Assembly: GCA_963674595.2 (NCBI GenBank) | Contig: CAXXFV010000006.1 | Coordinates: 160,001-224,000 of the forward strand | Source of the DNA: a bacterium | GTDB taxonomy: Bacteria; Zhuqueibacterota; Zhuqueibacteria; Residuimicrobiales; Krinioviventaceae | Direction: 5' to 3' | DNA: 64,000 nucleotides | Shown here: positions 19,749 to 28,600 of the stretch, one piece after another | Numbering within the stretch: the stretch's first letter is position 1 | How the letters are laid out: every line of letters starts with the position of its first letter | The notes under the pieces: generated by a model | What the model was told of the DNA's origin: nothing | Databases searched by the model: none | What the model saw: the letters and a program-made list of their open reading frames with translations, nothing else | Program-made: the position numbers and the translations under genes

Positions 19749-20828
19749 ATGGGAGTTGTTGAACTTTTTGTACCCGGCAGGCTATGTCTTTTTGGAGAAC
19801 ATTCTGATTGGGCAGGCGGGTATCGTCGAATCGACTCCTCAGTTCATAAGGGTTACTGTTTAGTGGTTGGCACAGATCAGGGTATTTATGCCACCGCTAA
19901 ACAACATCCGACTAAATTAATTATAAATACTACGTTACCTGATGGCAAGGTTTTAGGCCCTCATGAAATTGACATGAAGCCTAAAAAACTTTTACAAATT
20001 GCTCAGGAAGGTGGCTTTTACAGTTATTCTGCTGGTGTCGCTTATCATACACTTTGTCATTATAACGTTAAAGGATTAGAGATTAATTGTTATAAAATGG
20101 ATCTCCCAATCCGTAAGGGTTTATCTTCTTCTGCTGCCAACAATGTGCTGGTTGCCAGGGCCTTTAACAAACTTTATGATCTTAAATTGACAAAACGCGG
20201 GGAGATGGAAATAGCCTATCAGGGCGAGATATTAACACCTTCACGCTGTGGCCGTATGGATCAGGCTTGTGCCTATGGTACAACACCTGTTTTTCTCACC
20301 TTTGACGGTGAAAGAATGGATGTAGAGGAAAGTTTCCCCAAACATGATATTTATATGGTTGTAACCGATCTAAAAGCCGGTAAAAATACCCAAAAAATAT
20401 TAGCCGACCTGAATGCCTGTTATCCAAAAAGCGGCGGAAAAGTAGGAGAAGATGCAAGATATTATCTTGGCCCGGTAAATAAGGATATATTGTTCCGTGC
20501 CAGGGAAATATTAAAAAACGGAGATGCGGAAAGATTGGGGACGTTAATGACGGAAGCCCAACGATTTTTTGATCATTTTATGGCTCCCGCATGTCCTGAA
20601 GAACTTTTATCTCCTAAACTTCATTTTGTTCTTAGCAATCCGGAGCTTTCAGAGTTGTCCTATGGAGGAAAAGGTGTCGGATCTCAGGGTGATGGATGTA
20701 TTCAGCTTGTAGCAAAAGGAAAAAATGAACAAACCAAATTAATTGAAAAGTTAGCCCATATGAAATTAGATCCTTATCCGTTAACAATTCGCGCAAATAG
20801 TATAGGGCAAACCACTAATAATGAATAA
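19749..20828 (+). CDS. GHMP family sugar kinase (galactokinase/mevalonate kinase-like)
   Basis: PGRLCLFGEHSD, PIRKGLSSSAA, CGRMDQ and GKGVGSQGDG motifs. Confidence 0.88.
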   Translation: MGVVELFVPGRLCLFGEHSDWAGGYRRIDSSVHKGYCLVVGTDQGIYATAKQHPTKLIINTTLPDGKVLGPHEIDMKPKKLLQIAQEGGFYSYSAGVAYHTLCHYNVKGLEINCYKMDLPIRKGLSSSAANNVLVARAFNKLYDLKLTKRGEMEIAYQGEILTPSRCGRMDQACAYGTTPVFLTFDGERMDVEESFPKHDIYMVVTDLKAGKNTQKILADLNACYPKSGGKVGEDARYYLGPVNKDILFRAREILKNGDAERLGTLMTEAQRFFDHFMAPACPEELLSPKLHFVLSNPELSELSYGGKGVGSQGDGCIQLVAKGKNEQTKLIEKLAHMKLDPYPLTIRANSIGQTTNNE

Positions 20829-20845
20829 CAATATTTTTATTACTA

Positions 20846-21451
20846 ATGAATATTAAGGTTGTATATTTTGATCTCGGCGGTGTTGTTGTCCGGGTGCATA
20901 TCGAAAAATTTTTTAATAAACTTTCTGAAATTTCCGGGAATTCTTTACAACAAATATCTGATAAAGTAAAATTAATAGAACCATATTATCAAAAATTTGA
21001 ATTAGGGCTTGTTTCCGAAAATGAATTCTATAATAGTATTCATCAAATTTTTGACAATATGAGTTTCGAACAATTTTGCTCTCATTATGTAAATATTTTC
21101 GAACTGGATCTCAAAGTTGCTGATATTATTGAAAAGCTGAGCCCAAATTACCGTCTGTCGGTTATCAGTAACACAGATTCATTACATTTTAATTATATAT
21201 TACAAAATTATTCGGTTTTAAAATTGTTTGAAAAACCTGTCGCATCATACCAGGTGCAAATCAGAAAGCCAGATTTGGCAATCTATCAATATGCGTTAGA
21301 ATCCATGCAATGCAAAGCCTCGGAAAGTATTTTTATTGATGACCGACCTGAGAATGTTGTTGCCGCACAAAAACTTGGTATGAATGCAGTCCTATTTAAA
21401 AATGCCGAAAAATTAATTCAGGATTTTGATTCATTTAATATTATTTTATAA
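20846..21451 (+). CDS. HAD-family phosphatase (YihX-like)
   Basis: FDLGGV, ISNT, RKP and FIDDRPENV motifs. Confidence 0.9.
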   Translation: MNIKVVYFDLGGVVVRVHIEKFFNKLSEISGNSLQQISDKVKLIEPYYQKFELGLVSENEFYNSIHQIFDNMSFEQFCSHYVNIFELDLKVADIIEKLSPNYRLSVISNTDSLHFNYILQNYSVLKLFEKPVASYQVQIRKPDLAIYQYALESMQCKASESIFIDDRPENVVAAQKLGMNAVLFKNAEKLIQDFDSFNIIL

Positions 21452-21465
21452 AACTGGAGGCATAT

Positions 21466-22689
21466 ATGTCCAACTTGGCAATAAACGGCGGCAGCGCCAT
21501 CCGATCTGAAAAATTTCCTGTATGGCCTGTTTGGGGAGACGAAGAGATTGAAAATTTAACACAAGTGATTAAAAGTGGTAAATGGGGTCGTTTACACGGT
21601 ACTGTTACGTCCGAATTTGAAAAAAAATATGCAGAATTTCAACAGGCAAAACATTGTATATGTATTAACAGTGGTACAACAGCTTTAAAAATAGCCTTGT
21701 TGGCTGCTGATGTTGATCCCGGAACAGAGGTAATTGTACCTGCTTATACATTTATTGCAACAGCATCAGCCGTTGTTGAAATGGGCGGAATTCCTGTGTT
21801 TGTTGATATTGATCCAAATACGTATAATATCGATCCTGCAAAGATTGAAGCAGCCATTACCGATAAAACGTCTGCTATTATGCCGGTCCATTTTGCCGGT
21901 CGTCCTGCAGACATGGATGCCATCCTGGCTATTGCTAAAAAACATAATTTAAAAGTTGTTGAAGATGCAGCCCAGGCATGGGGTGCAGAATGGAAAGGCA
22001 CCCGTATGGGCGCTATTGGCGATGCCGGTTGTTTCAGTTTTCAGTCTTCTAAAAATATTAATTCCGGTGAAGGCGGTGCGATTGTAACAAATGATGATGA
22101 AATTGCCCGCATGTCTCATTCTCATTCAAACTGTGGTCGAAGTGAAGATGGTATGTGGTATGAACATTTTTATTTCGGCGGCAATTACCGCATTACCGAA
22201 TTGCAGGCTGCTGTTTTAATGGCACAATTAGGCCGTTATGAAGAGCAGTTAAAAATTCGTCAGGAAAATCATAAATATCTCGATGAAAAATTAGCTAAAA
22301 TCGATGGTATAGAGCCGTTAATTACCGATGATCGTATAACAAGTCATGCCTGCCATATCTATATTTTTAGATATAAAAAGGATGGATTTAATGGTGCTGA
22401 AAAGAAACGTTTTATTGAAGCTTTAAATAAAGAGGGCATTCCTGCAAGTCCCGGATATTCCATACCTCTTTATAATCAACCTGTATTTGAAAAACTGGCT
22501 TTTGGCCCAAGAGGTAAATCAGTTGAACTGGATATTGATTATTCAACTTTTAAATGTCCTGAAACTGAAGTTGCCTGTTATGATGAATCGATTTGGTTGA
22601 CACAAAATGTTTTATTAGGTACAACAGAAGATATGGATGATATTGTTGCTGCCATTTCAAAAATAAAGGAAAATTCTACAGAATTATAG
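21466..22689 (+). CDS. DegT/DnrJ/EryC1/StrS PLP-dependent sugar aminotransferase (RifK/BtrR-like)
   Basis: LAINGG...FPVWP..SGKW N-terminus, NSGT, EDAAQAWG, SFQSSK (PLP Lys) and GGNYRITELQAA. Confidence 0.92.
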   Translation: MSNLAINGGSAIRSEKFPVWPVWGDEEIENLTQVIKSGKWGRLHGTVTSEFEKKYAEFQQAKHCICINSGTTALKIALLAADVDPGTEVIVPAYTFIATASAVVEMGGIPVFVDIDPNTYNIDPAKIEAAITDKTSAIMPVHFAGRPADMDAILAIAKKHNLKVVEDAAQAWGAEWKGTRMGAIGDAGCFSFQSSKNINSGEGGAIVTNDDEIARMSHSHSNCGRSEDGMWYEHFYFGGNYRITELQAAVLMAQLGRYEEQLKIRQENHKYLDEKLAKIDGIEPLITDDRITSHACHIYIFRYKKDGFNGAEKKRFIEALNKEGIPASPGYSIPLYNQPVFEKLAFGPRGKSVELDIDYSTFKCPETEVACYDESIWLTQNVLLGTTEDMDDIVAAISKIKENSTEL

Positions 22690-22701
22690 GTTTGATAAGC
22701 A

Positions 22702-22998
22702 ATGTTTAAATTATGCAACGTATGTAGAAGGTATTTTTTTCCAAGTATCAGTTTAATTTTTAAAAGAATGAAATTTGTTTTTCGATGCCCTTATTGTGGA
22801 ACCGAGTATAGTATAGTGAAACATTTAAAACATTGGATTTTTGTTTTTTTCTATGCATTGGTAATTTTTGTTTTATTATTACAGTTAAGTTGTATGCATA
22901 ATTTTGTTCTTAAAGTATTTTTAACTTTTATTTTACTTTTTATTTTTCTTTTTAATTTTTTTTATATTGGAAAACTGGAAAAAATATCGAGATTATAA
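22702..22998 (+). CDS. CxxC-x20-CxxC zinc-ribbon membrane protein
   Basis: CNVC, exactly 20 aa, then CPYC, followed by two hydrophobic helices (cxxc_20_cxxc pattern). Confidence 0.65.
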   Translation: MFKLCNVCRRYFFPSISLIFKRMKFVFRCPYCGTEYSIVKHLKHWIFVFFYALVIFVLLLQLSCMHNFVLKVFLTFILLFIFLFNFFYIGKLEKISRL

Positions 22999-23006
22999 AC
23001 TTTTTG

Positions 23007-23032
23007 CAGGGACAATTTTTTGTCCCTGTTTT
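23007..23032 (+). terminator. Intrinsic terminator
   Basis: CAGGGACA-attttt-TGTCCCTG stem followed by TTTT. Confidence 0.75.
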
Positions 23033-23115
23033 CATTTTAACCGATTCCTCTAAAATTTAGTATATTTTAGTTATACATATATAATATTATAATGCAAGAG
23101 AGGAGGCGTATAATA

Positions 23116-24261
23116 ATGGAATTTAATACAGCTATTATTGGTGCCGGATTTATGGGACCGGCCCATACTGAGGCGCTACGCAGAATTGGTGTAAATGTCA
23201 GAGGTATTCTTGGGGTTGACGCACAGGAAACAAAAAAAGCTGCTGAAGCACTAAGGATTCCTGTCTCTTATGACAATTTTGAGAGCGTATTAAAGGATAA
23301 TGCCGTTAATGTTATCCACATTACCACACCCAACAAGCTTCATTATAAAATGGCAAAGGCCGCTCTTGAAGCAGGTAAACATGTGATGTGTGAAAAGCCT
23401 TTGGCAATGACAACAGATGAAACTAGAGAGCTGGTTAAAGTTGCTGAAAAATCCGGCAAGGTCGCTGCTGTTAACCACAATATGCGGTTTTATCCGTTGT
23501 GCATTCAACTAAAAGAAATGATCAAAGCCGGTGATGTTGGTGATTTTTTTGCCGTCAATGGGAGCTATGTTCAAGATTGGCTATTATATGATACCGATTA
23601 TAACTGGCGGGTTTTGGCTGAAGAGGGTGGGGCCGTACGTGCTATTGGTGACATTGGAACGCACTGGCTCGATCTTGTGCAAATGATTACTAAAACCAAA
23701 GTTATAAAAGTTTGTGCGGACTTGAAAACTCTTCACCCGATACGGAAACGACCCACAGGAGAAGTGGAAACTTTTTCAGGTAAAGTGGCAGATGTTCAGG
23801 CCAACCAGGATGTAAAAATTAATACGGAAGATTGTGGAGCTGTCCTTTTACGATTTGAGAATGGAGCAAAAGGCTGTTTATGGGTTTCTCAGGCAACGGC
23901 AGGTCGTAAAAATTGCCTGCGTTTTGAAATATCCGGGACTCAAAAATCGGCTTATTGGGACAGTGAGTCACCAAATGAAATCTGGGTTGGTTATCGCAAT
24001 AAAGCTAATGAACGGCTGCTGAAAGACCCGGGTTTGGCTTTGGATAATGTACGTACATATATCGGTTATCCAGGCGGACACAACGAGGGTTACCCGGATA
24101 GTTTTAAAAATTGTTTCAAGGCTTTTTATTCCTATATTGAAAAGGGCGACTTAAATGCTGAACCTGATTTTGCAACATTTCAGGATGGTCACCATGAGGT
24201 TGCTCTTTGTGAGGCGATATTGAAAAGTCATCAGCAGGAAAAATGGATAGATGTCTTGTAG
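23116..24261 (+). CDS. Gfo/Idh/MocA family oxidoreductase (cytoplasmic)
   Basis: IIGAGFMG, CEKPLA, DIGTH and GHNEGY motifs; AGGAGG RBS supports ATG 23116. Confidence 0.92.
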   Translation: MEFNTAIIGAGFMGPAHTEALRRIGVNVRGILGVDAQETKKAAEALRIPVSYDNFESVLKDNAVNVIHITTPNKLHYKMAKAALEAGKHVMCEKPLAMTTDETRELVKVAEKSGKVAAVNHNMRFYPLCIQLKEMIKAGDVGDFFAVNGSYVQDWLLYDTDYNWRVLAEEGGAVRAIGDIGTHWLDLVQMITKTKVIKVCADLKTLHPIRKRPTGEVETFSGKVADVQANQDVKINTEDCGAVLLRFENGAKGCLWVSQATAGRKNCLRFEISGTQKSAYWDSESPNEIWVGYRNKANERLLKDPGLALDNVRTYIGYPGGHNEGYPDSFKNCFKAFYSYIEKGDLNAEPDFATFQDGHHEVALCEAILKSHQQEKWIDVL

Positions 24262-24294
24262 ATAATTTTTCATAAAAATTCTAATAAATATCAT

Positions 24295-24329
24295 AAAGGA
24301 TTGGTTGTTATCTACCAATCCTTTTTTTT
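24295..24329 (+). terminator. Intrinsic terminator
   Basis: AAAGGATTGGT-tgttatct-ACCAATCCTTT followed by a T tract. Confidence 0.85.
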
Positions 24330-24399
24330 AAATAGAAAATATTGTTCTCTTTTTATGAAACAAATGATTTTATAAAATAGATTGTCGATTTTTTTTTTA

Positions 24400-24428
24400 T
24401 TGTAGAAATGGATTTTTATGATTATAAT
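24400..24428 (+). promoter_or_regulatory. sigma70-type promoter upstream of the DUF3467 gene
   Basis: TTGTAG-17 nt-TATAAT; GGAGG RBS before ATG 24464. Confidence 0.55.
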
Positions 24429-24463
24429 TAGAGTTATATTTTTATTTATACGGAGGTTTATTC

Positions 24464-24787
24464 ATGAACCAACAAATGCCATCACAACAGCTTAACATTG
24501 AACTTGGAGAAAAAGAAGCAGAAGGAATCTATTCTAATCTCGCATTAATTTCCCATTCTGCTGCAGAATTTGTACTGGATTTTACAAGGGTTGTACCTGG
24601 TGTTCCTAAAACAAAGGTATACGCACGAATTATTACAACACCCCAACACGCAAAATCCTTATTAAATGCACTTAAGGAAAACATAGACCGATATGAAAAG
24701 CAGTTCGGTGAAATTAAAATAGTCAAAGACGCCGATAAAAATGTACGTCCACTTGGTTTTCACCAGGATGCCCAGAATCAATCTTGA
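24464..24787 (+). CDS. DUF3467 domain protein
   Basis: GIYSNLALISHS..EFVLDF and RIITTPQHAK...YEKQFGEI signature. Confidence 0.88.
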   Translation: MNQQMPSQQLNIELGEKEAEGIYSNLALISHSAAEFVLDFTRVVPGVPKTKVYARIITTPQHAKSLLNALKENIDRYEKQFGEIKIVKDADKNVRPLGFHQDAQNQS

Positions 24788-25407
24788 TGGATTACATGTT
24801 TAGAATTTATAAAAAAATTATATTTATAATCATCATCATCTGTTTTTTCTTCAATACACATGCAATTGCAGACGAAGAGCATAGTCTTTTAAACGGCAGT
24901 ATTGGACTTGAGATTGGTATATGGAAACCAAGCTCTCTTGATGACAATCCGACAAAGCCTTTTAAAAATATTGAAGGTGCTGATCCTTGTTTTGGCCTGT
25001 CACTTGTATCTCCGGCTTTTCAGAATTGGGCGGTTTTTGTCACGCTTTTTCAATGGAAACAGCAAGATGTTTTTGAAAAAACAAACATTGAATCCATTAA
25101 CTTGCGCCATATTTCTGCGGGTCTGAAAAATTATGTTCTATCCAATGCACCCATTAGTCCGTTTGTCTGTTTTGGAATGAGTTGTATATGGTCTCAGGAA
25201 AAAACTTTTGAGAGTGATAAAAAAACATCTCTCGATCGTGCCGGTTATGGTTTTAAAGCAGGTGCCGGAATAGATTTTCAACTTTTTTCCCATTCTTCTA
25301 TCAGCACGGAATTTGAATACCATTATGCCCGGTTTAATAAAACCGTTGGTTTAACCGACAATTATAACGGCCCCAAGTTTTCTCTGCGATGGAATTATTT
25401 ATTTTAA
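24787..25407 (+). CDS. Outer membrane beta-barrel protein (OmpA/OmpW-like, 8-stranded)
   Basis: Signal peptide, SPFV..G, GFKAGAGIDF and terminal YLF; TGATG coupling to the upstream gene. Confidence 0.75.
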   Translation: MDYMFRIYKKIIFIIIIICFFFNTHAIADEEHSLLNGSIGLEIGIWKPSSLDDNPTKPFKNIEGADPCFGLSLVSPAFQNWAVFVTLFQWKQQDVFEKTNIESINLRHISAGLKNYVLSNAPISPFVCFGMSCIWSQEKTFESDKKTSLDRAGYGFKAGAGIDFQLFSHSSISTEFEYHYARFNKTVGLTDNYNGPKFSLRWNYLF

Positions 25408-25638
25408 TATTTCACCTTTGTAATTGCAATGTATTGTTTTGAACCAAATTTGTTTTAGGGCAATACAGTGAAATTTTACAAAAAAGTCACTTTTTAGATT
25501 TAAGTGTTTAACTAATAGTTTTTTTTATAGATATACATTTTCATAGATGTTTTTGCACATATTTATCTAGTTTATTTAATAACAATATATTAGGTCGATT
25601 TGTTCGAATGTGTTTCATACTTTTTTTTATTAAATTCG

Positions 25639-25654
25639 GGGTACAATCTTTGCT
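25639..25654 (+). promoter_or_regulatory. Putative sigma54 (-24/-12) promoter
   Basis: gGGTACAATCTTTGCt has GG-10 nt-GC spacing with TTGC at -12; it lies ~40-55 nt upstream of the giant gene. Confidence 0.55.
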
Positions 25655-25692
25655 CGTCATTGGTCATTTATTTCTGGATTTTGATATTTTAG

Positions 25693-28600
25693 TTGATGGA
25701 GGATTTTTTGAGTTTTAAGAAAGGGTATTTCCTGCCTTACCTGGGTTTGCTATTAATCATTACAACCTTTTCTTCAAGTCTTTTTGCGGGGACATGGAAG
25801 ATTATGCCGATTGGTAATTCAATAACAGACGGTGTTGGAAGTTCTGATGGTTTGGGTTTTCGCCAAAAACTTTATACTAAATTGAATAACGGCGGTGTTG
25901 ATTTTCAGTTTGTCGGCGGTGACGGTGCTTCACCTTATAATGGCCACTTTTTAAAGGGTGCAAAAATTGATGTTTTCCTGGCAGGCGGCACCAAGGATGT
26001 AACACCTGCATTAAATAGTTATCAACCGAATATGGTGCTTATTCATTTAGGTACGAACAATATCAACAATGGCGCCATAGCAGCCGGTCCCTATACGAAT
26101 CCTGCAAGTGCTGCCGGAGAATTATATGAGCTGTTAAAACTCGTTTCCTCCAATCAATATGTAACAAAGATTTTATTATGTAAAATAGTACCACGTGTGG
26201 TAAATGGCTCTATTGAAGACTCTAAAACAGATGATTTTAATGCAGAAATATTAAATTTGTTTTTTGAAAGGCCGTCCGGTATTTCTTATAACAAGATCAC
26301 CATTGTGGACATGAATTCCATTATGGGCCTGGAAGATTATTCTGATGATGATCTTCACCCGGATGATTCCGGTTATGAAAAAATGGCCGGTAAATATTAC
26401 AACACAATTAAAGGACTTGATGTTCCTGATAATACCAATCCTTCAAAAATTGCTTTTCAGAACATTCATGTATTGGATGCTGAAAAAGGGACCGTGCAGC
26501 TAACCTGGAGAGCTCCCGGAGATGATGGTTATAGCGGTACATCCAATTTATATGAGTTACGATACGCGACATTTCAACTGGATAATTTTTCCGACGGAAA
26601 ACTGGAAGCAGATATAGATGCTCCTCAAAGTTATAATTCTGTTGAATCAAAAATAATTTACGGTCTTGTTCCCGGGTTACCATATCATTTTCGTATCCGT
26701 GCTTATGATGAACATAACAATGCCGGTCCAATTTCCGATGAAATTACCGTTCAATTACCTGATGTGGTTGTGCCCGAATATGAGGATGATTTTGCCGACG
26801 CCGATGCTTTTGAAGAGAATTGGAACGCTCATCCGTCCTATCAAGTTGTGAACGGAGAACTTTCCAATACCAGCACTGTAGCTGGATGGGAATATCTCGC
26901 TACATTTAAACATGCGATTTATAATGACGATGCGGATTATGTTGAAACGCAGCTCCGGTATTCTTTTTCTGCTGATGATGAAGGAATCAACAGCACTGGT
27001 ATTGCCATGCTGCTTGATGATTCGACTTCAACAGCAAACGGTTACCTGATTTTTTATCGATATGGAAAGATCAATCTTTATGAAATCATAGACGGTGAGG
27101 CTCAAGTTAACAAAATTGACTCAGATGATGTAGATGCCAGCTCTGCACCTTCGAGAGGCGATTTATTGGTTGTCAACTATAATCCTGCCTATATTGGCGG
27201 GCGCTATTTTAGTGTATTTGTTTATAAAGAAGATGTCGGATTATTAGCCCTTGGAAGTGTCGTTGACCCTGGTTCGAGCCAGGGTGGTGGTTCCAGTTTG
27301 TTTTCAGGTGCAATGCTTTTTGGGAATGTGGATAATAATGTAGATGATTTTAAAGTAAGAGTACCGGCGTTACCCGCACATAATATGGAGATTTATGCCG
27401 GAAACGGTCTGCATGCCAAAGTAACAAAAAAACTGGCTGAGCCTTTAACCGTCAAAGTAACAGATGTAAACGGCAATGGCGCTGCTAATGTTCCTGTTGA
27501 TTTTACGGTTACATCCGGGAATGCCTACCTGAGCACTCATCCGGATTCTATTCAGGCGGAATTTAATGGAAATATATGGATAGAAGCTGAAGATGGTGAT
27601 CTGGAACTGCCTATGATAAAAAAACAGGATGTATTAGCGTCTGAAAACAATTACATTGTCACAACCAGTGATGATCCTGATGTTAGTAGTAAAGCTACAT
27701 ATCAGGTTTATATCCCTGTTTCAGGCACATATACTTTATGGATACGTGTTTTAGCGCCGGATGGTTTGTCAAATTCATGTTTCGTATCAATCAGAAATAC
27801 TGCTGATCGGGAATATAAATTTAATACAAGTACCTCATGGAATTGGGGACCGCCTGTAAATGATCGCTTGAGCATTAATCTCGATCGGGGTTTTACCACA
27901 CTGGTGATTAGAAACCGTGAAAAAGGAACCCAAATCGATAAAATATTGCTGACAAGCAATTCAAGTTATGTTCCAACCCAGTTGGGTAAGACAACGCAAC
28001 GTTTCTCCTATATTTCAGATGCTTCCGGTTATGCCAATACGGAACTTACTTTTGACAGTGAAGCAGGTGTTGTCGAAGTAGAGGCTGTTTCCAGTGTGCC
28101 TAATGGCAGTCCGCAAACATTTCAGGTTTATGCAGACGCTTTTGATCCGTCCGTGTTTGTGAGAAACTCAAATGCACAGGTTCCCGGAAGTGCCGGTCAG
28201 GAATTGTCCGAAGCTTTTTCCGTACAATTATCCGATCAGTATAACAATTTATGCGTGGGCTATCCGGTAGATTTTGTCGTGCAAAGCGGTGACGGGCATT
28301 TTTTAGGAAATGATTCCGTTCGCATCATTACGGACGACCAGGGTATTGCTGAAGCAACGCTTACACTTGGATTTTCGCAGGAAACAATTGTTCATGCAGT
28401 GCTGCCGGATTTTCCAGCTTTCGCACCTATTGAATTTGCAGGCATCATTGGAGAAGGTATTCCAACCAGCATTACCTACGTTCAGGGCAATGGACAGACC
28501 GGTACGGTACATCAAACTTTAAGTCAGGATTTGCAGGTTCAGGTTTTGAATGAAAAAAGCGAGGTTGTCGCTAATTATCCTGTGCCTTTTGAAATTATTA

